From Ranitomeya imitator (Eukaryota), in assembly GCF_032444005.1 (NCBI RefSeq), contig NC_091289.1, positions 156,178,001 to 156,242,000 of the forward strand: a stretch of 64,000 bases of DNA, written 5' to 3'. Positions within the stretch are counted from its first letter, which is position 1; every line of letters begins with the position of its first letter. The notes below the pieces were generated by a model. It saw nothing but the letters and a program-made list of their open reading frames with translations. It had not been told where the DNA came from and searched no databases. Shown here in pieces: positions 50,712 through 63,010 of the stretch. A program made the position numbers and the translations under genes.

Positions 50712-51314
50712 CTGGAACAAAAAATAAAATAAAAATTCAAACAAAAAATAAAAAAGACAAAACATAAAAATGCAAGTTATCCCATAAAATAGCTAAATGA
50801 TCTACTGCAAGTAAGTTAGGGCAGAATGAGATGTGTTAGTTCAATGGGGCGACGTTGCCGAATCAGGCACAGCCGTATAGGTAAGGACGTCGCAGTGCTG
50901 GGTGCTATGTTGGGTACTGTAGTGCGCATTGCTGCCCTTGTTAGGGTTTACGGAGGTCAGACCACCAGGGATTATACATTAATGGCCTGTTTAGGATAGA
51001 CCATCACGTTAAGATCCCAAAGAACCCCTTTGACAAAAGTTTTCAATGTTAGTACTGTGCTGGTTATACTTTATGTGCCGGTACGTCTGTAAAGAAAGCA
51101 GGTCAAAAGTTGCCCAACCGATTTGAAAGGGAAGCTGTTGTGGGCATGCTCTGCGACATGTGCAATGATATGGGTGCAGGGAGAAGGAAGAATAGCCGAG
51201 GTGTATCTGTTACACACGGTCAATGATGTCATTCTGTGTTATGTGGCCTCTGATAACTTTCACTAAAGTACAAGTTAAAAAGGGTCATCCCTACTGAACA
51301 AATTATAGCATCTA

Positions 51315-52914
51315 CAGGTGCTTCTCACAACATTAGAATATTATCAAAAAGTTAATTTATTTCAGCTCTTCAATACAAAAAGTGAATCTCATATTCTACA
51401 GCGTCATTACAAACAGAGTGATCAATTTCACGTGTTTATTTCTGTTAATGTTGAGGATTATGGCTTAGAGCCAATGATAACCCAAATATCATTATCTCAG
51501 TAAATTAGAATACTTTATAACATCAGCTTGAAAAATGATTTTAAAATCCGAAATGTTGGCCTACTGAAATGTATGTTCAGTAAATGCACTCAAAACTTGA
51601 TCGGGGCTTTTTTTGCATCAATTACTGCATCAATGCGGCGTGGCATGGAGGCGATCAGCCTGTGGCACTGCTGAGGGGTTATGGAAGCCCAGGTTGCTTT
51701 GATGGCAGCCTTCAGCTCGTCTGCATTGTTGGGTCTGGTGTCTCATCTTCCTCTTGACAATATCCCATAGATTCTCTATGGGGTTAAGGTCAGGCGAGTT
51801 TGCTGGCGAATCAAGCACAGTGATACTGTTGTTTGTAAACCATGTATTGGTACTTTTGGCAGTGTGGACAGGTGTCAAGTCCTGCTGGAGAATGAAATAT
51901 CCATCTCCAAAAAGCTTGTCGGCAGAGGGAAGCATGAAGTGCTCTAAAATTTCCTGGTAGACGGCTGCGCTGACTTTGGTCTTGATAAAACACAGTGGAC
52001 CTACACCAGCAGATGACATGGCTCACCAAACCATCACTGATTGTGGAAACTTCACACTGGACCTCCAGCAGCTTGGATTGTGGCTTCTCCACTCTTCCTC
52101 CAGACTCTGGGATCTTAATTTCCAAATTAAATGCAAAATTTACTTTTATATGAAAACAACACCTTGGACCACTGAGCAACAATTCAGTTCTTTTTCTCCT
52201 TGGCCCAGGTAAGACGCTTCTCGTGTTGTCTATTGGTCATGAGTGGCTTGACACAAGGAATGCGACACTTGTAACCCAGGTCCTGGATACGCCTGTGTGT
52301 GGTAAATGACGGGAGGTATCACTTATGCGCTGTTGAGATGAAATCGTTACAATCAAATCATTTATTGGAAAAGGTTTACAAGTCAACGCGTTTTGAGGTC
52401 ACGCAGGACCTCCATCAGGTTTGTCCTGAAGAGGTCCTGCGTGACCTGAAACACTTTGACTTGTTAATGTGTTCCAATAAATGATTTGATTTTAACAATT
52501 TCATCTCAGCAGCGCATAAGTGATACCTCCCGTCATGTTCTTCATACCAGTGGTCGCCCTCCATACCGGTACCAGTGCAGCAGCTGTTACATGTCATTCA
52601 TGTGTTGCAATTAAGCAACTCAACAAGGTGAGTGTATCTTACTTTTTCCCCCGACTCCCTATTGTCAATGGATATGACCCTATTGAACTTTTATTCTTCC
52701 CAGTTGTATTTGCATTGTCTGTGTGTGGTGGCTCTTGAAGCAATGACTCCAGCAGCAGTCCACTCCTTGTGAATCTCCCCCAAATTTTTGAATGGCTTTT
52801 CTTGATAATCCTTTCAAGGCTGGGGTTATCCCGGTTGCTTGTGCATCTTTTAGTATTGAAGAAGTTAAATAAATTAACTTTTTGATGATATTCTAATTTT
52901 ATGAGAATCACCTG
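51315..52914 (-). mobile_element. Decayed, internally deleted Tc1 (DD34E), related to 29502-31113
   Basis: TA TSD; termini caggtgcttctcac..attagaata / tattctaattttatgagaatcacctg; remnant MSSAGVGPLCFIK..YQEILEHFMLPSA..QQD-x34-E; frameshifts and stops present. Confidence 0.9.
52304..52718 (-). mobile_element. Second foldback, hammerhead-remnant-bearing insertion (Penelope-like pLTR-derived)
   Basis: 11-bp TSD ctgtgtgtggt (52293-52303, 52719-52729); foldback at 52306-52536; unique segment 52537-52718; motifs CTGAAGA..GAAAC (+, 52426-52452) and CTGATGG..CAAAACGCGTT (-, 52385-52418). Confidence 0.72.
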
Positions 52915-54053
52915 TATTTATGTAGTTTTTTTTGGCGTTTTTATGTGTAAATAAAATAGCAGAAGTCGAATTAAGAAACTTTTCCCAATAGTCACTTCCA
53001 CTCCCTGCACGGATTATTTATCTTCAAAAGACTGCTCAAATCTGTCTATGGTTCTGTCTCCAGTGAGTGATCAAACCAAGCCTGCTGCCTATAGAAACCT
53101 ATGGAGAGTGGGAGAAGTGAGAGGGAGAAAGCGGTAGATCAGTAAGAGAAACTGCCGTGGCCTCTAGGGAATAAAGCCTGGGGAAAAGTCCTAAATAATA
53201 CAGAACATAGTGTCATTTCTCATGTATGCAAATAACAGTTTATTTTTTTTTTTTAAACGACCAAATAAAGATGAAAGTGTAAATAAAGCACAAAAAAGCA
53301 CAACACATTTCTATTATGCTAACAGATGTAAAATTTAGGCTGATGGACGAGTAAAAATGTTAAAAGACTACTATGTTTTCTCTAGTTTGCCCTGCATCCC
53401 GAGCAGAGCTACTTCACATATATTCGCTTTCGTAACACACATTTGCTGCACTCTTTCCCCCAATGAAGACCATCTGCATCTGTTATCTACAAATACACAG
53501 ATCAAAAAAATGTGAGTTATTGGAAAGTCCCCTGGGTGAATGCAGCCCCTAATTTCCTCACAGATTGTGTTTTCCGAATAAGAGAGTGAAACTGGCACAG
53601 AATAGAACTGCGCATTATGTTGGCATCTGCAGTTGTGGAGTAATTGGACAAATTTAATGAACTTATTTTGATATACAGATTTATTTGACTCGCAATCTTT
53701 GAAGAGGGAGATGTTTGCAAAGCGGTAATTTTACATCAAGGTTCTAGTTTAAATATTGAATGCGTACGTTCACAAACCCGCAGATCGCGACGATGAATTC
53801 GAAATATTTAAATGGCCATTGTTGTATCTCTTATTAATGAAAAAAGAAATTCTATAGGATATTACGCAGCTATGAAAAAAAAAATGTTTGTATCCTGCCG
53901 AAACAGGACTGGACAGATATTCTGAATTATTGGACGTTTATAGAAAGCCATATAAAATTCTCTGGAAAGGGGTAAAGGACTTTCCTATTGAAAGGAAAAA
54001 TTAAAATCTGTTACTATTAATTTTTCTGTTCTACTTTCATGCTCTCTGCTCAC

Positions 54054-54252
54054 AAGTGATGAGCGAACGTGCTCGGATAAGGCGTTAGCATGCTCGGATA
54101 AAGCGTTAGCATGCTCGGGTGCTATCCGAGAGTCTTCGGCGTGCTCGAATAATATGCTCGAGACCCCGCGGCATATGTAGGCATTACCTAACGGCCGTGA
54201 GACGTGCAGACCTTAACACCTTGTCCGAGCAGAGCATGTTCATTCATCACTA
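54054..54252. mobile_element. hAT-like MITE
   Basis: Termini (a)agtgatgagcgaac / gttcattcatcacta; 8-bp flanks ctgctcac and ctactcac (one mismatch). A truncated relative lies at ~1823-1925. Confidence 0.65.
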
Positions 54253-54502
54253 CTACTCACTCTTCTAAAATATAAAATTAGATTCTGCTCCTGTGCGTGA
54301 AATTATAGGCGCAGATGATGTGATGCTGAATGAAAGGAAGTGGCTACACTCATAAAAAAAAACAACTAATTAATTGACATGATGGCAAAATGTATTGTAA
54401 AATGGTTTAGCCCATTCAAAGAGCAGAGGAACAGAGTTCAGTGAAGGGGCAGATGCAGGAGATTGTGCCACTTATATCTCTTGGTGCTCAGGAGAAGCTA
54501 TG

Positions 54503-54941
54503 TGTCACGATTCCACCGCCCAGTGTGTCTTGGACTCAGTGACTGACGGCTCAGTCGTTCAATTTTGCTGAGCTGTCGGTATTTTGAGGGACAGCTTGGA
54601 CGTCCAATCTGGGGTTAGGAGGTGCTGAGCTTCCTTCAGGTGTTCCCTGTTCCAAGTAATTACCCAGCTACTTAACAAAGCTGTCTGACCCAGATAGCTG
54701 CCAGTCGTAGCTTTCCACTCTGTGCTCTGAATTCAGACATTCTGATCTTCTGTTGCCAAACCCTGGATTTGCCTATTGACTACCCATTTGTATTACCCTT
54801 GACCTTGGAATTCTGACCCTGTGACCTGAATATGCCTTTGTCTCTTCCCTCTGTTTATGACATGCCCTCCCGGCTCTTGATCTCAGACTCTTTGGCTATC
54901 CAGGCTCACTGCTTGTCCGTGAGAAGTGACTTAGCATCACA
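54503..54941 (+). mobile_element. Solo-LTR-like element
   Basis: tgtcacg...gcatcaca with 5-bp TSD ctatg (54498-54502, 54942-54946). Strand is inferred. Confidence 0.62.
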
Positions 54942-55557
54942 CTATGGGGGCCTAGTACCTGTGTCGGTGCTAGATGCTTTCAGCACATGAGCACTATAGG
55001 CTCAGCAGTTACTATGTCAGGAAGCTATGTCTGCCTTATATCTACGCCTGCCGTAGATACATTCAGCACATGGCCAGTAAAAGGCTCAGAAGTCACCATC
55101 TTAGGAAGCTATGGATTTCTTGTATCTGGGCTGAAAGTCTTCAGTGCATGATCAACAGAGGGTTTAGCATCAGCAATCTTGGAAAGCTTTCAATGTCAAA
55201 GTTTGTTTTAACCACTTACTGACCAAGCCACATTTTTAAAATCTGACATATATGTTACTTTATGTGGTAATAACATCGAAATATTTCAGCGATTCTAAGA
55301 TTTTTTTTTCGGGACAAATTGTACCTTGTGTTAAGTGCCAAAATCATTTTTAGGAAAATCTCAAAAATGTGACCAAATTTTTTGAAAAAGTAACAATTTC
55401 TAAACTTACTTTTTTTTTTTTTTGTATATACCATTAGATCAGATAGTTGAACCACAGAAAACAAAGTTAATACATAACATTTCCCCCATGTCTATTTTAC
55501 ACCAGCATCATTTTGGCATTTCGTTTTATGGTAGAATGTTAGAAGGTTTAAGAGTTA

Positions 55558-55781
55558 GGCTATGTGCACACGTCACGATTTATTGCAGAAATTTCCTGAA
55601 CGAAACTGGACATTTTCTGCAAGTTTTTTTTTTTTCGCCGATTTTTTGCTGATTTTTCCTGAAGTTCCCAATGCAATAATATAGTGGGAAATCCATAAAA
55701 AATCTGCAAAATTAATGAACATGCTGCGTTTTTTTATAGCGAAAAAAAAAAGCAAAAAATCCGGAACGTGTGCACACAGCC
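55558..55781. mobile_element. PIF/Harbinger-type MITE (shorter member of the 7396-7755 family)
   Basis: TTA TSD on both sides; ggctatgtgcacacgt / acgtgtgcacacagcc. Confidence 0.85.
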
Positions 55782-56751
55782 TTAAGCAGTCTTTTCATTG
55801 TTTTTTTTTCCTCAAGGAAATTTAAAAAATATATATATTTTTTATAGACCTTTAGTTTCAAAGTGACTGAGGAGACTATACATTGGACAGTCCCTAAAAC
55901 GTATACCATTTTAATAACAGCTCCCCTCAAAGTATTCCAAACAGCTGTCACGTAATTTGTTAACCCTTCAGTTGTTTCAAAAGTAATTAACACAAAGTGG
56001 AGTGACTTATATGAAAAGTAATATTAATCAATTAATTTTTTTTATATCTACTGATATTATAGGGGTTCAGCTCTTGGTAGCCACTTGGATACGCACAGAC
56101 TTTTAAATCGAAAAAAAAAACCTTCATAAACTTAACAACTCCAAACTCCAACATCTGCAGCACAAAATGAATAACTGTCCTTTCTCTGGTAAGGCAAAGT
56201 GAATCAAACTTGGTATTACAGGAGCCTCTCAGGCTGCAGTACAGACTATCTACCAGTCCCAACACAACACAATAAGATAGCCCAGCTGCCCGTTATTAGG
56301 CCTGTAAGACCTAGGCAGGAGTATGGGAGCAACCTTTCCCACCCAGGCTCTTTTGGTCGCTCCAAAATCCCAGACCCAAAATCCAGTCAAATAAAAATTC
56401 TCACAATAACCTATTGTTACTGGTACAGACTTCCTGGGGACTTATGCTACAGAGGCCAGAAACCTCAGTGACACACACCTTCTGCTTTCTTACAGTACCC
56501 AAAAGGAAACCCACACAGACAAGAGCAAACAAACTCCATTCAGATGTTGCCCTGGTTGAATTCTAAATCAGGACCCTGACGTTGCAAGACAAAGATGTTA
56601 ACCACTGAAAAACTGTCCTGCCCATATAATGAAAAGCTGTGTAATAAGTCATCTTCATTATCTCATTGGGTCCCATAAGGAATGAGTGGACTTTGATTCA
56701 CCCTCTCCAGGGGCTAAGACCAAGCCATTGTACTAGGCGATGGAAAAAGCA

Positions 56752-57652
56752 TCTACTAAATAATTGTCTAAGGGTCACTTCCGTCTGTCTGTCTTTCTGT
56801 ATGTCCTTCTGTCTGTCTGTCACGGATATTCATTGGTTGCGGCCTCTGTCTTTCCCTGTCTTTCAGTATGTCCTTCTGTCTGTCTGTCACGGATATTCAT
56901 TGGTTGCGGCCTCGGTCTTTCCCTGTCTTTCAGTATGTCCTTCTGTCTGTCTGTCACGGATATTCATTGGTTGCGGCCTCTGTCTTTCCTGGAAATCCAA
57001 GTCGCTGATTGGTCGCGGCAAAACAGCCACGACCAATCAGCGACGGGCAAAGTCCGGAAGAAAATGGCCGCTCCTTACTACCCGCAGTCAGTGGCCGGCG
57101 TCCGCATACTCCCCTCCACTCACCGCTCATACAGGGTTAATGCCGGCGGTAACGGACCACGTTATGCCGAGGGTAATGCACTCCGTTACCGCCACTATTA
57201 ACCCTGTGTGTCCCCAACCTTTTACTATTGATGCTGCCTATGCGGCATCAATAGTAAAAAAAAAATGTAATGTTAAAAATAATAAAAAAACAAAAAACCT
57301 GCTATACTCACCCTCCGTTGTCCGCTGAGCCGCTCGTGACGGCCGCCATCTTCCGTTTTCGGCGATGCATTGCAAAATTACCCAGAAGACTTAGCGGTCT
57401 CGCTGGGCCACATACTACGTGGCTGGGCCACATACTACGTGGCTGGGCCACATACTACGTGGCTGGGCCACATACTACGTGGCTGGGCCACATACTACGT
57501 GACTGGGCAATACACTACGTGACTGGGCAATACACTACGTGACTGGGCAATACACTACGTGACTGGGCAATATACTTCGTCGCTGGGCAATATACTACGT
57601 GGACATGCATATTCTAGAATACCCGATGCGTTAGAATCGGGCCACCATCTTG
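56752..57652 (+). mobile_element. Non-autonomous Helitron-type element
   Basis: A|TC start; 3' hairpin cccgat-gcgttaga-atcggg (57622-57641) shortly before CTTG|T (canonical is CTAG|T); no TSD; internal 67-bp and 20-bp tandem repeats. Confidence 0.65.
57403..57602. repeat. 20-bp tandem array, 10 copies
   Basis: ctgggccacatactacgtg(g/a) x5, then ctgggcaata(c/t)act(a/t)cgt.. x5. Confidence 0.92.
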
Positions 57653-59017
57653 TAGTTTATAATCAACTAACTTTTTCTGAAATGTGAACAATACCGTGAT
57701 ATCATCTGCTGGTCAACTAGAAGACAGCGTCGGTATGAAACAATGACTAACAAAAGGCTAATGCCTCTGGACAACATCTGGAGAATACTCCTGTGACAGC
57801 GAATTAATGAGGCGGCTAGGAAAGATGTAACAGTAACAGACATAAATGAAAGACGGGTGGCGAGAGGGCAGCTGAAGACTTTGGAGTAAAAGGATTAAAA
57901 AAAACAAAAAAAACAAAACATCAAATCGACTTTCTTCACAAAAACATCAAACAACCGATGGGCTGCTCTGCATGCCGTCAGAAAATAGTCTGAGTGAATT
58001 ACCGTCAGGACGACTTTTACTGAACTGCCGCTCATGAATTTCTAATAAGAAAAAAAATAAATTCAAAGACACTTTTTTTTATTTGAAATTACAGCCAGTG
58101 ATGTCAGCGCCCAACTCCCAGTGTTAATAGAAATGTGCATAATCCCGGATTTCTGCATTCAGTTACATTATCCAGATCTGAGGTATGTGACGGGGTTCCA
58201 TAATGGCTTCAATTAGATTGTATTACGAGTACAGAAGTGACTCTGCTTAAATTCTTCCTACAAATTTCTAATAACGCTCGACCAGTCTTTGGTTACTTAA
58301 AGGAACTTTCCAAAAACTAAACTGATCAACAGGACAAATGGACAGCGAGAATTTTTGGCCCTTTCTTTGCAGTATTCGTCATGACAGCCATATGTGCTTG
58401 TGACTAGTATCTTCAAATGAACAGTGCCAACTTTAGCTCAGATGCAGCGTCAGGTACAGTGACTCCTCTGTCAAGACCCCCTAATCACTATGGGTAATCC
58501 AAAAGGAAGGGAACATAGAAAACCCCCTTTAAAAAAAGAACCCAAAAGGCAGGACATGCCAAGAAAAGTTCAGGAGCTCCTCTATGTTCTCCTCGTCCTC
58601 CTCAGTGTCTTGTATGTGGCTGTAGGACAACTGGCTGCAGCAGAAACCTCCCGGCTGTGCCCCGTCTACAGTAGGATAAAGGATCGCTAAGAACCTCCAT
58701 TCTGCTAAGGGTTTTAACTGGTCACGAACAGAAGACGGATCAGCACAAGATTAACCCCTGTTCACTGCGGGATTTATGCAAGATTGATTTTTCTAGGCTC
58801 ATTAATTTATAGGTTTGGTGTTCCTTTACACAGCCACATCCATATGACTGGATGTTGGTGAGGCGGCACTTACATCACATTGACACTAAGTTCTCTGTGC
58901 TGAGCACTCTGTGGGGCGATACAGCTTTATTCCTGAAAACACAATACAGATATAACCCCGTCACATAGCCATTTACTTTAATGAGGGAATTGGAATACCA
59001 AGGATTAATGTTTGGAC

Positions 59018-59092
59018 CAGGGCTGTGGAGTTTGTAAGCCAAAACTCCAACTCCTCAATTTCCATGACACTGACTCAGACTCCACAGCCCTG
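59018..59092. mobile_element. 75-bp minimal hAT-type MITE (same family as 27332-27574)
   Basis: 8-bp TSD gtttggac (59010-59017, 59093-59100); TIR cagggctgtggagt / actccacagccctg. Confidence 0.9.
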
Positions 59093-60469
59093 GTTTGGAC
59101 TCAGTTTTAACTACTTATTAATCTCATCTCCTTTCAGGCCGCACGCTGATCCATGGATAAAAGGAAATGCTGGTCGGTGCCACTGATTTACTACCTCCTT
59201 TTTGTGGATCAGTTTTTGTCACCCGCCTCCTCTACCTATACTCTACCTATGGGCTGAGTAAGAATGGCAAGTCATGGCTGGAGGGAGCAGCATGGCTCGG
59301 GACTAGAAGATGGTTCCCACAGATTGTCCTCATTGCTGATGTCCACTTCCCAATGTAATGTAAGCACTGCCTGTGCCAAATACTCACATCCCAAAATAGG
59401 GGAACATTCAATAAGGGCTAACAGTGATATAATGCTGGTTCCAGTGGTGGGGATGGTACAATGCCACACCATGAAACGCCTACCATTTTTTTTATTTCCA
59501 TGAATAAACCAGTGTATCATCAAGCAGTTGGTACACCTGAAATGAAGAATAGAGGGGTCGCCACTAGACATTATGCCACCCCACAATCCTGGGAGTAGAA
59601 ATCTATCGAAGACAAAAGCGGGACTCATTGCTGGAGAGGATAGACTCCAATCCATCCTCCATAGCTGTTTTGCTCTGCTCTAGGATAGCCTTTGCCTTTT
59701 CCTCGACTTCACGCCACCTCTCTCAAAGGCTATCGTGGTGCAGAGCAAAATGGCCAGAGAGGATGGAATGAAGGTCTGTCCTCTTCAGTGAAAAGTTCCG
59801 CTTTAGTATTTCATTTTTACAAAGCAGCCTTCCACTATTGGGTCGTGCCGAAAGCATGGGGGCTGTTTGATAGGAGGTTTAACAATCGGTTATCCTACTA
59901 AAGTCAATAGCACCATTGAAAACACATCCGAATTAAGTATTTAAAAAAAAAAAAAAAATCAGACAAAAGCCACCGAAGGCGTCAGACAAGGATCAAGACA
60001 AGGTGTAATCACAGCCTTAGCTGTAACCGTAATCAGAGTTTCCACAAGGGAATGCTCGACGATAACAGCAAAAAAATAATTAAAATTCTGCATTTTAGCT
60101 TCAGTCGTGGAGAAGATAGCCTCAGGAAACTCAAGACAAAAAATGTAGAGCAAATTATTAACTTAATGATTTCCATGTTATGCAACTTGAATTTCAGATG
60201 TACTCGTTATGAATGTTTAAATACTTTCTTATATATGAAAAATAGTTTCCTTAAGTTATCAGATTCTGAGCGTTACTAAACAAAACTTTACTGGTCAATG
60301 TAGTCTATGAAGCCATTTTTCCTCCAGGACAGCTTTGATACATGAGGACTATTGTGAAATGTGACCTCCTTTCGCTCCACCGGCAGCACGTGTGGTCTGT
60401 AGGACACAAAGTTCATCAATCAAACTGAAGAACAAAGCACATTAGCAGACAAACAAGCGTACAACTTAC

Positions 60470-60556
60470 AATTACTTGGTCAGCTTTTCTGTTCACCAGA
60501 GCATCTACTTTGGCATCAAGTTCTGCCTGGATTAGGTCTCTTCTTCTCAAGACTCC
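60470..60556 (-). CDS. SNX7: SNX7 coding exon (87 nt; GVLRRRDLIQAELDAKVDALVNRKADQVI)
   Basis: Acceptor gtcttAG|GGA and donor ATT|GTaagt, phase 0 at both ends; resembles GVMKRRDQIQAELDSKV of SNX7 as I recall it. It is absent from the ORF track. Confidence 0.94.
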
Positions 60557-62739
60557 CTAAGACAAAATTGTACTAAAATTAATACATTAATGAGGCTCCG
60601 AGAAATTATAATTAGTATTATTTATTATTATAGCGCCATTTATTCCATGGTGCTTTGCATGTGAGGAACATGACCTCTCATAGAGTAGAGAGGGAAAGCG
60701 CGTGTTGGATACTGGGCTGTGGCGTGTGGTGAAACTCTGCCCACAGCCCAGCCAATCAGGAGGGGTGCGCGTAACTGGGTCATGCCCGGTTGATGAAAGG
60801 CATTCTGGAACTTGAAGTGACATCAGTGGCGGCTGCAGCCGGGGTCACGTGATGCCAAGTGAGCGGCCAAAGATACCGCCGCTCACAGGCAGAGAGGGGA
60901 CAACAAGAGGTGTTAAGAAAAATACTTCTATACAAGGTTTAAAAATCGGTGGGGGCATTATAGAATGTAGTGGGCAACCTCTAAGTTATTTTTTAGTATT
61001 ACTCCCACCGTACACATGATATTGAAATAAAGCCGGATCACTTCTGTAACATTTGCATCGAGGTCATGTCAACATTTATGAAACTCTACAAACACAAAGG
61101 CCTCGCAGCCCGTAATGAAGCATGCCAGAGGGTGGGAATGTGTAGATGTGCTCACCAGAGTCAGGAAAATGTGAAATAAAAGACAAAAGCTGCTGGCATT
61201 ATTATACAAGTAGCAAATAGAATCACACTGTCCTGACGAGAAAATAAAGGATTTCTTCTGGTAACCGTGTAGTCATTATTACACTGAAGCCATTGTGACA
61301 TTTGCACAACAGTCAAGACAAGGACTCGCTAGGACGACTGGAACTGACAGAAGTGGACACACGTGGCCATCAACGATAGATTGTTAGCCTTTGGTGTTCA
61401 TCTGTGACTACTGAGGTAAAAGGGATTCTCTCATTTTACAACTTTATAATTTAGCCATTATTAAAAATTCTCACTTTTGAAGAACAAAGGGATTTTTACT
61501 TGTATGGTTTAACGCTCATTGCTTAGAATACGGCCAGTGCCGCAGTGTATCAGCCAAGGAGCGCGGCATCTGGAAGCACAGCACTGAAACTGAACAGGTC
61601 ACTGGATCCAGTGCTGCCAAAGTAATGCTGCCTCGGTTTGCAGCATGGGAAATCACACAGTTTGGGCCAGAAGCGCAACCGTGCAGATGGTCAAACTGTA
61701 AATCATCAGGCGAGATCCTGACAGACAGAACATGAGAAGACCTCTTTAATGTTTGCCCCCAAAAATTTTCACTTGAATATGTTACCACCAGTGACCTGAA
61801 GTGCTGAAAAGTCCATCTGATCATTCAGATAAAAATGTAGAACTTTGCATTCTTCAACAGTCTTGCGTTTTCTCCAGTACAAACATAGTCTTACACTTTA
61901 AGTAGATGTCAGACCATCGAACTGTATCCCTGTCCCCCATACATGTACTTGACAGTCACTTTGGGTATAATTAAACCCAACGCTTGATTCCTCACTTCCC
62001 ATGTTCTGCTTAGCATCTTCCTTCGAGGGAGAATTGGGACACCAGAATACACCCTAGCCTATCAGCAGGCTGGGGGTGACAATGTGCTTGGTCACTTTTA
62101 TTTTGCTGTGGTTAGTACAAAAGGTTGCGCCCAGTTGGTTTCAGGGTTGATGCAGATTTAACCTTATTCACGGGAACATAAGACTTTTGGTGACCACTTA
62201 AACCTATTGGGTTTAATTTGGACTATTCTAGAGGAGTTCGGACGCTGTTCATCAATGAAAGAAAGCAAGTATGTTGAAGAAAGCGGTGCACAAATTAGGT
62301 TGTCACTTAAAAATATACAGCTGCAAACAAAATGACAACCACCATTGCAAGATATGTTTGTTACCAAAATTTACAAACTTTTTGCTGCTTGCAATAAACC
62401 AAACATGTAAAGCACCTTTGGCTGTTATGACTTATTGCAAACATGATGCATACCCAGACATCAGCTTCTAGAAGTGTTCATGAGCAATCTCGGCCTCCAG
62501 TTCACAAGCAATCTTGTATTTGTGTGTTGCAACCACGGTCTTCTAATTTAATCAAGGATTTTCTGTGGAGTTATGATTTATGCTTGGCATCTCTGTCCTT
62601 TTGAAAAGTCCAGTTACACAGAAACTTCAGGTCCTCAGAGAAAAGACATGGCATTTTCTACTAGTATCGCCTGATACTAGATTGAAACTATCTTGTCCTA
62701 TACATGCTACAGGTTTCAGTGCTATAGGAAGGCTAGCAG

Positions 62740-63010
62740 CCATGGAGAACCATCAAGCTACTGACATGCTTCACTGTAGGCATCGCTGAGCCACCGCCAT
62801 GCTTCATTGTAGGCATCATTGAGACACCATCATGCTTCACTGTAGGCATGGAGTTATTTTTAGAGTATGCTTCATTCTTCCTTCTCCAGACATACACGTG
62901 ATCCATAGACCTGAAAGATTCTAGTTTCGTTGCATTGCTCCAGAGAACAGAATCCCAAAAAATTGGGTAGCATTTTTGTGTGTTTTTGATTGTGTCAAAA
63001 TGGCCTCTTA
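62740..63010 (-). pseudogene. Tc1 transposase fragment with a 33-bp local triplication
   Basis: FWDSVLWSNATKLESF..VWRRKNEAY..PTVKH; catgcttca recurs at 62765, 62798 and 62831. Confidence 0.7.

Noticed and set aside
56666-57328. 220-aa ORF
   Set aside because: It runs through the Helitron-type element's 67-bp repeats and shows no recognisable domain.
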